Positions 19,343 through 27,367 of a DNA stretch of 64,000 bases are shown piece by piece (the first letter of the stretch is position 1; every line of letters starts with the position of its first letter). Location: NCBI GenBank assembly GCA_963663865.1, contig OY760686.1:2720001-2784000 (forward strand), given 5' to 3'. This stretch comes from Spirochaetota bacterium. Its GTDB lineage: Bacteria > Spirochaetota > UBA4802 > UBA5550. The notes beneath the pieces are model-generated. The model did no database searches. It was not told where the DNA came from and worked only from the letters and a program-made list of their open reading frames with translations. A program made the translations under genes and the position numbers.

Positions 19343-20188
19343 ATGACCAGGAAAATACTCATAGCTGGGGCCGGCGGCCAGCTCGGAAAGGAATTTGCAG
19401 CCAGACTCAGTTCGGAAGGCTCAGACTTCGTTGCGCCTCCCGAAGGCGAGTTCAACATCACCAATCCCACAACCGCAGAAAACATGATAAAGAGTCACAG
19501 GCCTTCAGTGCTTATAAACTGCGCCGCTTTTAACGCCGTTGATGCCGCCGAAGACGATCCCGGCACAGCCATGCTCGTCAACAGAGACTCGGTCGGCTAC
19601 ATGGCCGAAGCGTGCAGAAAACACGGGGTATTCTTCGTCCACTACAGCACAGACTATGTCTTTGACGGAACAAAGCAGAACCTCTACCTTGAGGAAGACA
19701 AGCCTGCCCCCGTCAATGTTTACGGTAAAAGCAAGCACGAGGGAGAACAGAGAGCGGCGGAAGCACAGGACTGCCTCATATTACGCCTGTCCTGGGTGTA
19801 CGGGTCCGGAAAGCAGAACTTTCTGTACAAGCTCTCACAGTGGGCTGAAACTAATCCGGTCCTAAAGGTAAGTTCTGACGAGGCCTCAGTCCCAACATAC
19901 ACCGAAGACATCGTTACGGTCACGCTCAGGTCACTCGACAGAGGGCTCGGCGGGCTCTATCACCTTACAAACAGCGGTTACGCGTCAAGATACGAACTTG
20001 CCCGTTTCTATCTGAAACAGAGGGGACTGTCCACCCTCGTCATTCCGGTACCTATGGACTCCTTTGCGACAAGGGCACGAAGGGCGCCCTTCCTGGCCAT
20101 GTCAAACAGCAAAATATGCGCTGATGCCGCGATCGAGATTCCCTGCTGGGAAGATGCAGTCAGCAGATTTGTCAAAAAAAACGTCTGA
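19343..20188 (+). CDS. rfbD: dTDP-4-dehydrorhamnose reductase (RmlD)
   Basis: GAGGQLG, NCAAFNAVDAAE, STDYVFDG, YGKSK. Confidence 0.93.
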   Translation: MTRKILIAGAGGQLGKEFAARLSSEGSDFVAPPEGEFNITNPTTAENMIKSHRPSVLINCAAFNAVDAAEDDPGTAMLVNRDSVGYMAEACRKHGVFFVHYSTDYVFDGTKQNLYLEEDKPAPVNVYGKSKHEGEQRAAEAQDCLILRLSWVYGSGKQNFLYKLSQWAETNPVLKVSSDEASVPTYTEDIVTVTLRSLDRGLGGLYHLTNSGYASRYELARFYLKQRGLSTLVIPVPMDSFATRARRAPFLAMSNSKICADAAIEIPCWEDAVSRFVKKNV

Positions 20189-20303
20189 CAGTCAGTACGC
20201 AATTCCAGGAGCCACACAAGCCAATGCTCTTAAAAGTATTGACTTTGGGCAGGCCGCGTATTCCAGTAAGTCTGCGTTCTGTTTATAATCTTGCTCATCC
20301 GGA

Positions 20304-21563
20304 TTGATCATGCTCAGTACAAATAATCTCGACGCTGAAGACCTGCTACTTCTGCAGCTGTTCTCACAACGGGCTGATGAATCGGCTGTCAGCACAATTG
20401 TCCATTCAGAGCGCTTCAGCGTGAAGCGTTTCATGTCCCTTGCCCGAAGACACCTTCTGGACGGGGAAGCGTCTGACGCTCTTTTAAGGCTGAAAATAAG
20501 GGATGGACTGCCTTTGAGCATTGAGAAGGCGTGCCTCAGAGAGGCCGCCCTTGCATCCGCAGCGGCCGTAAAGCTCAGGTACGAAACCCTTTCCGTTATG
20601 AGATTACTCACCGACAATGAATTAGAGTGCGCTGTCATGAAGGGGACGTCGCTTGACTTCTCCGGATTCCGCCGCGGGCGCGACATCGACATACTCATCA
20701 AACCTGAAGTCCTTGAAAGGGCCTCAGAACTTCTTTCTTCCGGAGGATTCAGCTCCGCTGGAGGACGCAGCAACCTCATGGTTACGAAATCCGAGATTGA
20801 CGATTTGCCCGGGCAGATGAAGTGGAACTGTCAGTTTCAGTTTGAACACCGGGAAGCAGGATATCTCGTCGAGCTTCACACCGGCCTATTCGAAAAATCA
20901 AGAATATACTCTGAGAGCCTGAAAAGCCTTCACAGCCATGAGAGCATGTTCCTCAAAGGAAGGGTGTTCGACGATGAATTGGGGACATGGCGTATGAACA
21001 ACGCGGATATGCTCTTTCTGATGTGCATGCATTCAGCCGTCAAAAGGCCCCCCTCTTCAGATGGATTTCTGCTGAGAAACACTGTTGATATTACAAGATT
21101 GGTTAATAAGCCATTTGACATGGAACGCTTCCTTGAGACCGTCAGGAAAACCGGAACTGCCTGCTATATCTTCTTTTCGCTCAAGCTTACCTCCATGCTT
21201 TTTAAAGGAAGCATTGATGAAAAATTACTCAGCTCCTTGAGAGAGATGACCCCCAGGCGCTGTACCGCAGCTAATTTTTTTCATTTCCGCTCATTCAAAA
21301 ACCTCTCCGGCAATTCGACCCTGTTCTCGAACATCTACCGGACACTGATTCCCCTCACCTCCGCCGCAGCTGGACCGGGAATGCTGAGAGCTCTTTTCCC
21401 TCCTCTCCTATTCCCGCGGCCTGTTGCTGTTTGCCAGGCCTTCAGATTAAGACTGTCAGGCATAACGCTCGCGGCCGGGTATCTGCTGTGGCCGCTGATG
21501 CTTCTTTGCAAGGGCGGCAAGCTTGTCTACAAAAAGCTCAATCATACAGGCAGGAGAAGCTGA
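20304..21563 (+). CDS. Uncharacterised nucleotidyltransferase family protein (NTP_transf_5-like)
   Basis: MKG...RRGRDIDILI (R..xDxD) and VELH motifs typical of the NTases found beside RRE/kinase cassettes. Confidence 0.75.
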   Translation: MIMLSTNNLDAEDLLLLQLFSQRADESAVSTIVHSERFSVKRFMSLARRHLLDGEASDALLRLKIRDGLPLSIEKACLREAALASAAAVKLRYETLSVMRLLTDNELECAVMKGTSLDFSGFRRGRDIDILIKPEVLERASELLSSGGFSSAGGRSNLMVTKSEIDDLPGQMKWNCQFQFEHREAGYLVELHTGLFEKSRIYSESLKSLHSHESMFLKGRVFDDELGTWRMNNADMLFLMCMHSAVKRPPSSDGFLLRNTVDITRLVNKPFDMERFLETVRKTGTACYIFFSLKLTSMLFKGSIDEKLLSSLREMTPRRCTAANFFHFRSFKNLSGNSTLFSNIYRTLIPLTSAAAGPGMLRALFPPLLFPRPVAVCQAFRLRLSGITLAAGYLLWPLMLLCKGGKLVYKKLNHTGRRS

Positions 21564-21566
21564 ACA

Positions 21567-22847
21567 GTGAACATAAATGAAAAAAGCGCTGAATGGCTTG
21601 AGATGGTCAGCGGAGGGCATCCGGTCGGCCCGGTGAAAATGGAGGTTCTTAGCGGGAGCATGCATCCGGCAATACGCGCTGGTGACACTGTAGTAATTGA
21701 CACCTCAGAGAACCGAAGACCGCGTATCGGTGAGATCGCTGTTTTTGCCGAAAAAAGACAACTGACCGCCCACAGGGTTCTATTCACCCTGCCCGGACGT
21801 ATATACCAAAAAGGTGATAGAAACAGCTTCGGAAGATTTTCTGCGACAAAAAATGTCGCGGGCGTCATCACTGGTATTATGAAGCCTGACGGAACCCTGC
21901 TTGAACTTGAAGATTCCGGCCGTATTGCGGCCTTCAGAGAAACGCTGAAACTGCTTTATTCCCTTGCGACAGAACCGGCGAGGAAGCTCAAAAGACGCCT
22001 CTTCCCGCGTCCTCTGGTCATTCAGTGCGGCGGCATCAGGTTAGGGCTCATTGTACCGGGAAAGCAGCTTCTTTCTTTTATGTCTGATTATTACAGAGGA
22101 TTTATCGTGCCGGAAAACCCAACATTCACACTCAAAATCAGTATCCGCAGAAGAAGCGGATCATTTGAAATCCCGGACTCTCTTTTCAACACCAAGACAG
22201 TAAACTCCAGCACCTTCAGCGCGGGCGGACTTGTTGATGGAAAGCTCTGCCGGGACGGCAAAGGCGCCGTTATTTCGGTCCCTGCCGGGCTTTTTGTGAA
22301 ACCGGTCGTAAGGGTATTCGAACAAATACTGTATCAGGCGTACTTCAACGCGGCGGCATTGTCTGATGAAGAGTCCTTCCTTATACACGCCTGCGGGGTC
22401 GAAGACGATGGAAAAGGCTATCTCTTCTGCGGGCCTTCCGGTTCAGGAAAATCCACAACAGCTGCCCTTTCAGTACAGACCGGGAAAAAGGTGCTGAACG
22501 ACGAAATATGCCTCATAAGGCGGTTAGACGGCCGCCTTATGCTGTCTTCAACACCGTTCAACGGCCTTTTCAGAGACAAGTATCTTGCTGAAGTCCCTCT
22601 AAAGGCCGTCTTTTTAATCGCTCATGGAGCAACAAACATGATCGAAGATATAGCTGAAAGCCACGCGGTAAAATCATTAGCTCGTGAAATTGTTCCGCCC
22701 ATTGGGCTCACGGAGAAAATCAGGCCGGCAACCTTTACCGGTATGCTTGATACGGCACAGAAGCTGACCAGAGAGATTCCGGTTAAGCGGCTGCGCTTCA
22801 GGCCGGACGCTTCGTTCTGGAAAACAATATCTGAACACTTTTCATAA
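21567..22847 (+). CDS. Fusion of an S24/S26 peptidase domain and an HPr-kinase-related P-loop kinase
   Basis: N-terminal SGSMHPAIRAGD..HRV..KGD; C-terminal IHACGV..GYLFCGPSGSGKST..LNDE..STPF. Confidence 0.75.
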   Translation: MNINEKSAEWLEMVSGGHPVGPVKMEVLSGSMHPAIRAGDTVVIDTSENRRPRIGEIAVFAEKRQLTAHRVLFTLPGRIYQKGDRNSFGRFSATKNVAGVITGIMKPDGTLLELEDSGRIAAFRETLKLLYSLATEPARKLKRRLFPRPLVIQCGGIRLGLIVPGKQLLSFMSDYYRGFIVPENPTFTLKISIRRRSGSFEIPDSLFNTKTVNSSTFSAGGLVDGKLCRDGKGAVISVPAGLFVKPVVRVFEQILYQAYFNAAALSDEESFLIHACGVEDDGKGYLFCGPSGSGKSTTAALSVQTGKKVLNDEICLIRRLDGRLMLSSTPFNGLFRDKYLAEVPLKAVFLIAHGATNMIEDIAESHAVKSLAREIVPPIGLTEKIRPATFTGMLDTAQKLTREIPVKRLRFRPDASFWKTISEHFS

Positions 22848-22860
22848 GGAGACAACAGCA

Positions 22861-23136
22861 ATGGAAATCAGTAACAAAAAGAGACCTCATAGTGTGGAAG
22901 GAATTACCGTAAAAGAAATCGGCGGCGAAACAATAATAGTTACTGACGAAGGGAACTGGATGCACACCCTCGACACAACCGCATCATTTATCTGGAAGCT
23001 CATCGAAGAGGGACGTGAATCTACTGATATTGCCCTCCTGGTGGCTGATAGATACAGCATCCCCGAGGAAAGAGCGTCATCTGACGTCCACGAATTTCTG
23101 GAGGAACTGCGCAAGAAGGGCCTCATTCATTTCTGA
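22861..23136 (+). CDS. PqqD-family RiPP recognition element (RRE) protein
   Basis: 91 aa with EIGGETIIV, HTLDTTASFIWKLI, RYSI...DVHEFLEELRKKGLI. Confidence 0.88.
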   Translation: MEISNKKRPHSVEGITVKEIGGETIIVTDEGNWMHTLDTTASFIWKLIEEGRESTDIALLVADRYSIPEERASSDVHEFLEELRKKGLIHF

Positions 23137-23169
23137 ACAGGCCCTGTATCTCAGTCTCTTAACGGCAGG

Positions 23170-23337
23170 CTACCTTCTTCCGAAGAAAGAAAAGAGCCAG
23201 CCCCAGAAACCGCCCATTCCGCCCCAGCCATGTCCATGATGACCGCCGTTTCCGCTGCCGCCCTGACCTCCGTAGCACCCGAAAACACCTATCGAAACCC
23301 TCTCTGAAAGAATTGACGGCTTACTATACTCAAGCAT
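23170..23337 (-). CDS. Candidate RiPP precursor peptide, 55 aa (YxxPxI leader, Gly-rich core, aromatic/hydrophobic tail ending RR)
   Basis: GGGAGAG RBS before ATG 23337; MLEYSKPSILSERVSIGVFGCYGGQGGSGNGGHHGHGWGGMGGFWGWLFSFFGRR; adjacent to the PqqD gene. Confidence 0.72.
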   Translation of the reverse strand: MLEYSKPSILSERVSIGVFGCYGGQGGSGNGGHHGHGWGGMGGFWGWLFSFFGRR

Positions 23338-23453
23338 ATCGCTCTCCCTGTGAAATAATATGGCATAACCCTTCACAACCTGCCAGATTCATCTTAAGTA
23401 CAATTTCGGGGGAAATCAAAATTTTTTTGTGCTTTTTTAAAAAAAAGCGATAG

Positions 23454-23608
23454 AATCCCCGCCGGTGGCGGGGATTTATTGTATCGATCTCGTTTCGTTC
23501 AACATTAACTCATGGATTCCCCGCCCCCAAGGTCTGGGTATGTTGCTTATAATCATATCCCACAATACTGAAAGATCTCCCCGCCTCAGGCGGGGAGATC
23601 TTTCAGTA
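23454..23608. repeat. Cluster of related CCCCGCC-nnn-GGCGGGG palindromes (REP-like or IS200/IS605-end-like)
   Basis: 10-bp-arm hairpin at 23454-23476, a half copy near 23514-23528, and a perfect 20-bp-arm hairpin at 23566-23608. Confidence 0.7.
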
Positions 23609-23705
23609 CAAAGGAATTACTCTTTTTTCATCTCAGCTTCAATATTTGCTGGCTTTTATTATTTTAATCTTAAAATATATCATAAAACACTATAGAACGG
23701 CTGCA

Positions 23706-24626
23706 ATGAATAATACCCTTAAAGTAGATAACATATCAAAGTCATTCCGAAGGATATCGCTTTTCGCTTCAGCAAGGATACCGGTTCACGCCCTGAAAGA
23801 AGTGAGCTTCCAATGCGGGGGAGGCTCAACCCTGTGTGTTCTCGGGCCGAACGGCGCCGGCAAGACAACCCTGATGAAGATTCTCGCCGGGCTCATATTC
23901 CCCGACTCTGGAAAAGTCCTGTTCAGCGGCAAACACGGTTCAGTCCGTTCCGGACTGGTGAGTCCCAACGACAGGTCTTTCTACTGGCGCCTCACCGGCA
24001 GGCAGAACCTCGACTTTTTCGCCTCGCTGCACGGTTACCGGGGCAGGGCAAGGAATAGTCAGGTAAGCGCGCTTCTTGAGCGCTGCGGCCTCGCAGATGA
24101 AGCTGACCGTCCCTTCAGGCTCTACTCTGCCGGCATGAAGCAGAAGCTCATGATCGCCCGTGCGCTTCTCGGCAACCCGCAGGCGCTTCTTCTTGATGAA
24201 CCAACGTCTCACCTTGACCCTGCCGCGAAGAAGAGCATTCATTCGCTCATTAAGTCCTTCACGGACAGGATTATCATTCTTTCAACTCACGACCTCACTG
24301 AGGCAGGCGCCCTGTCAGACGAAATAATTCTGCTGAACGGAGGAAGCGTTATCGCCAGGGGCAATGTAGATTCACTGCGCCTGTCCGAAGCAAAGGTTTA
24401 CACCATCAGGTTCGAGTCTGATCCGGTTCAGGGGTGGGATAATGGCCTTCTCTCAAAACCGGCCCGCAGCGCCGGCGGCGAACACCGCTTCATAATCCAT
24501 AAGGACGAATCCGCCTCCTGCATACTATCCAGAGCGCTGAATGCCGGAGGCCGGATAATTTCCTGCGGATTTGAAACCGAATCTCTTGAGGACATCTTCA
24601 CCAGAATCACTGAGGGTAAATCATGA
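23706..24626 (+). CDS. ABC-2 type exporter ATP-binding subunit
   Basis: GPNGAGKTT, YSAGMKQ, LLLDEP, STH. Confidence 0.92.
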   Translation: MNNTLKVDNISKSFRRISLFASARIPVHALKEVSFQCGGGSTLCVLGPNGAGKTTLMKILAGLIFPDSGKVLFSGKHGSVRSGLVSPNDRSFYWRLTGRQNLDFFASLHGYRGRARNSQVSALLERCGLADEADRPFRLYSAGMKQKLMIARALLGNPQALLLDEPTSHLDPAAKKSIHSLIKSFTDRIIILSTHDLTEAGALSDEIILLNGGSVIARGNVDSLRLSEAKVYTIRFESDPVQGWDNGLLSKPARSAGGEHRFIIHKDESASCILSRALNAGGRIISCGFETESLEDIFTRITEGKS

Positions 24627-25423
24627 TATTTCTTGCTTTCGTTAAAAGGGACATTCTCACAGCGCTAAGTTATCCCTTAAACATTGCCCTGCAGCTGATC
24701 AAGGTAAGCATTACCCTCTTTCTGATTTACTTCATCAGCCGGACATTCAGCGGGAGTGTATCTCCGCACCTGACAAAGTACAGCGGTGACTATTTCGCCT
24801 ACGTGCTGATGGGAATATCTGTATCAAGCTTTGTCTTCGCCGGGCTGGACGCCTTTGCCTCATCTGTAAGAACAGCCCAGGTTGAGGGCACGCTCGAAGC
24901 GGTTTTGACAACGCCAGTATCAATATTCACGGTTCTGCTGGGCAACTCTCTCTGGACTTTCATCCTGGCTTTTGGAAGCTCCATTGCTCTTCTCGGCGCC
25001 GGAATGCTTTTTTTGGGCATTACGCTTTCCCTTACGTCAGCCCTGCTCTGTCTGGCAGTGCTGCTGCTCACCTTTCTTTCGTTTCTTTCGGTTGGAATGC
25101 TTTCAGCTTCCTTTATCATGGTATTCAAGCAGGGAAACCCGATCGGAATGATTTTCGGCACATCAAGCTATTTTCTGGGAAGCGTCCTCTTCCCCGCCGA
25201 GGTCCTTCCCGGTTTTCTGCAGCAGGCGGCAAAGCTGCTGCCAATGACATACGCCGTAAGGTCTCTGAGGGATATCGTTCTTGCTTCAGCGGCTCCGGGC
25301 GATGTTTTTCCGGTTATGCTCCAGCTGGCCCTTTTCATAATTATCCTTGCTCCCGCGGGGCTTCTTTCGTTCAGCTTTGCCGTGAAAAGGGCCAGGATAA
25401 ATGGAAGCCTTGTGCAATATTAA
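24623..25423 (+). CDS. ABC-2 type exporter permease
   Basis: About 6 TM segments, EGTLEAVLTTP, FPAEVLP..LPMTY; overlaps the ATPase stop. Confidence 0.88.
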   Translation: MIFLAFVKRDILTALSYPLNIALQLIKVSITLFLIYFISRTFSGSVSPHLTKYSGDYFAYVLMGISVSSFVFAGLDAFASSVRTAQVEGTLEAVLTTPVSIFTVLLGNSLWTFILAFGSSIALLGAGMLFLGITLSLTSALLCLAVLLLTFLSFLSVGMLSASFIMVFKQGNPIGMIFGTSSYFLGSVLFPAEVLPGFLQQAAKLLPMTYAVRSLRDIVLASAAPGDVFPVMLQLALFIIILAPAGLLSFSFAVKRARINGSLVQY

Positions 25424-25557
25424 GCCATTATCCCCCCCTCAAAATAAAGCGTCGCGATTAATACCGTTTATTAGCCTTTCCGGGCGGAAATCCTCTTGAC
25501 ACTTTTAAAACGGCATGTTCCCCTTACTACACCCTTTTAATGGAGCAGTGAGGCCTG

Positions 25558-26673
25558 ATGGTTTACAGTAAAGCTTTCCCCGTTTTATTTCTTACATTGC
25601 TTTTTTTCCCGAATGGACTCTACGCCCTTGAAATTAACCTCCTGGCCGGTTTTGAGGGAATTTACGACAGCAATATCAATATGTCTCCGGATAATCCCGA
25701 GTACGATTTCTCGGGCCGAGTCATGGGCGGATTGGCGCTGCTCGAAAAAAAAAGAAAAATCGAGTATGGAATTACCGCCAGGGCTTACTATGACGCGTAC
25801 GTAAAAAATACCGGACTCAGCACACACACCGAAGATGCGGAAGCCTCTGTTTCAGCTCAGCTGACAGACAAGCTCTCTGTTGCTCTTGCTGACACCTTCA
25901 CGAGATATCAGGAAGCCCGATCCTATGAATCGCTTTTCGGTTCAACCGGTGAGAGGGCTATGATTTACAGCAACAGCTTTAGCGCATCGCTGCGCTACGA
26001 TTTGCTCAGAAGGATGTATTTCACCTGTAATTACGGCAACAGCTTTCAGTTTACCGACAGCGAGACATACCAGACTGCCGACACGCATGAAGGCGGCGGC
26101 AGGCTGACCTACGCGTTCAGCTCAATGAACATGATCTATTTTTCCTCGGGATATTCATTCTCGGATTACGAAGAGGGCATGGATGTTTCCGTGCTCGCGC
26201 TAAGCGCGGGCTATAGCCACTACTTCACACGAAAGCTCTACATGACGGCCGAAGGGGGCGCTGAGAGGCAGAAAAGCGGAGAGGCAAATACAAGCTGGAA
26301 CCCTGCAGGCTCCATTTCTCTGACAGATGACCTGGATGCAAAAAACCAGCTCTCTGCCAGGTGCGAATACTCAACATCAACTACGGGGCAATCCGATGAA
26401 GCCTTCACCTCGTGGACGACCTCGCTCTCGTACAGGCGTGAGGTCAGTCAGCGGATGTCCGTTTCGCAGGAGACATTCTACGGAAGAGGAACCTACTCCG
26501 TGTCGAAGCAGACAAGCGAGCTTTTTGGATTGACATTTGCTGTTTTTTATGCGATTGGAGAGGATATTGCCGCCGGGTTGCAGTATAGTTTCACAAGAAA
26601 CGACAGCCGTATCGATAACGCAGGCAAATACAACAGAAGCTTAATCACGATTTCATTGTCCGGCACATTCTGA
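25558..26673 (+). CDS. Outer membrane beta-barrel associated with polysaccharide export
   Basis: Signal peptide, YDSNI motif, amphipathic strands, C-terminal Phe; directly upstream of the OPX gene. Confidence 0.75.
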   Translation: MVYSKAFPVLFLTLLFFPNGLYALEINLLAGFEGIYDSNINMSPDNPEYDFSGRVMGGLALLEKKRKIEYGITARAYYDAYVKNTGLSTHTEDAEASVSAQLTDKLSVALADTFTRYQEARSYESLFGSTGERAMIYSNSFSASLRYDLLRRMYFTCNYGNSFQFTDSETYQTADTHEGGGRLTYAFSSMNMIYFSSGYSFSDYEEGMDVSVLALSAGYSHYFTRKLYMTAEGGAERQKSGEANTSWNPAGSISLTDDLDAKNQLSARCEYSTSTTGQSDEAFTSWTTSLSYRREVSQRMSVSQETFYGRGTYSVSKQTSELFGLTFAVFYAIGEDIAAGLQYSFTRNDSRIDNAGKYNRSLITISLSGTF

Positions 26674-26727
26674 TATTCAGCCGCTTTTCGGGCGGTAAAC
26701 GACGCAGGAATCTGGAGGTTCTTTTTT

Positions 26728-27306
26728 ATGCGTGTTTTGACAGTTTTACTTATTCTTTCCCTTGCCCTGCCGTCCCAATTGGCAAGCCTGAAAGTATACG
26801 CCCAGCAGTCTTATAAAGTCGGAGTTGGAGACATTCTTGACGTCAATATCATCAAACCGGATCAGGTTCGGAGTCAGGTCACCGTTTCACCCGGAGGTGA
26901 AATCTCTGTTCCATTCCTTGGCACTATTCAGGTTAAAGATAAAACCATAACCGAGATTCAGAAAATTATTCAGTGGCAGCTGTCCCAGGGGTATCTGAAA
27001 TATCCCGTGGTCACCGTCTCTCTTGTTGAGTCAAAAAGCCAGAATTACACCATTTCCGGAGAGGTCAACACACCGGGAACCTATCCTCTCAGCGACAACA
27101 CGACGGTTCTCAGAGCCATTGCCATCGCCGGGGGCTTTACCCGCTTCGGCTCATCAAGCAGAGTAAAGATACTGCGCCCGAGAAAGGACAGGCCCGGTTA
27201 CAGAAGCATAAATGTTGACCTGAAAGCGGTCGTTAACGGCGATGCCAGGGCAGACATACTCCTGGAAGCAGGCGATATTATCGTAGTCTCAGAGGGGCTT
27301 TTCTAA
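26728..27306 (+). CDS. Short polysaccharide export (OPX/Wza-family) protein, Poly_export + SLBB
   Basis: YKVGVGDIL..VSPGGEISVPFLG..YLKYPVVTV..GEVNTPG..AIAIAGG..GDIIVV. Confidence 0.88.
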   Translation: MRVLTVLLILSLALPSQLASLKVYAQQSYKVGVGDILDVNIIKPDQVRSQVTVSPGGEISVPFLGTIQVKDKTITEIQKIIQWQLSQGYLKYPVVTVSLVESKSQNYTISGEVNTPGTYPLSDNTTVLRAIAIAGGFTRFGSSSRVKILRPRKDRPGYRSINVDLKAVVNGDARADILLEAGDIIVVSEGLF

Positions 27307-27367
27307 TTCGAATATCAGTTAAAAAATACCTTAAACCTGAATTTGATCTCAACCGGAGGACGCTCAG

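Noticed and set aside
23338-23376. 13-codon N-terminal extension of the precursor ORF (track start 23376)
   Set aside because: It is a GTG start with no clear RBS; a good RBS lies directly before ATG 23337.
26690-26700. GGCGGTAA as an ops/JUMPstart element before the OPX gene
   Set aside because: It mismatches GGCGGTAG, lies mid-operon, and no RfaH/NusG paralog is in the window.
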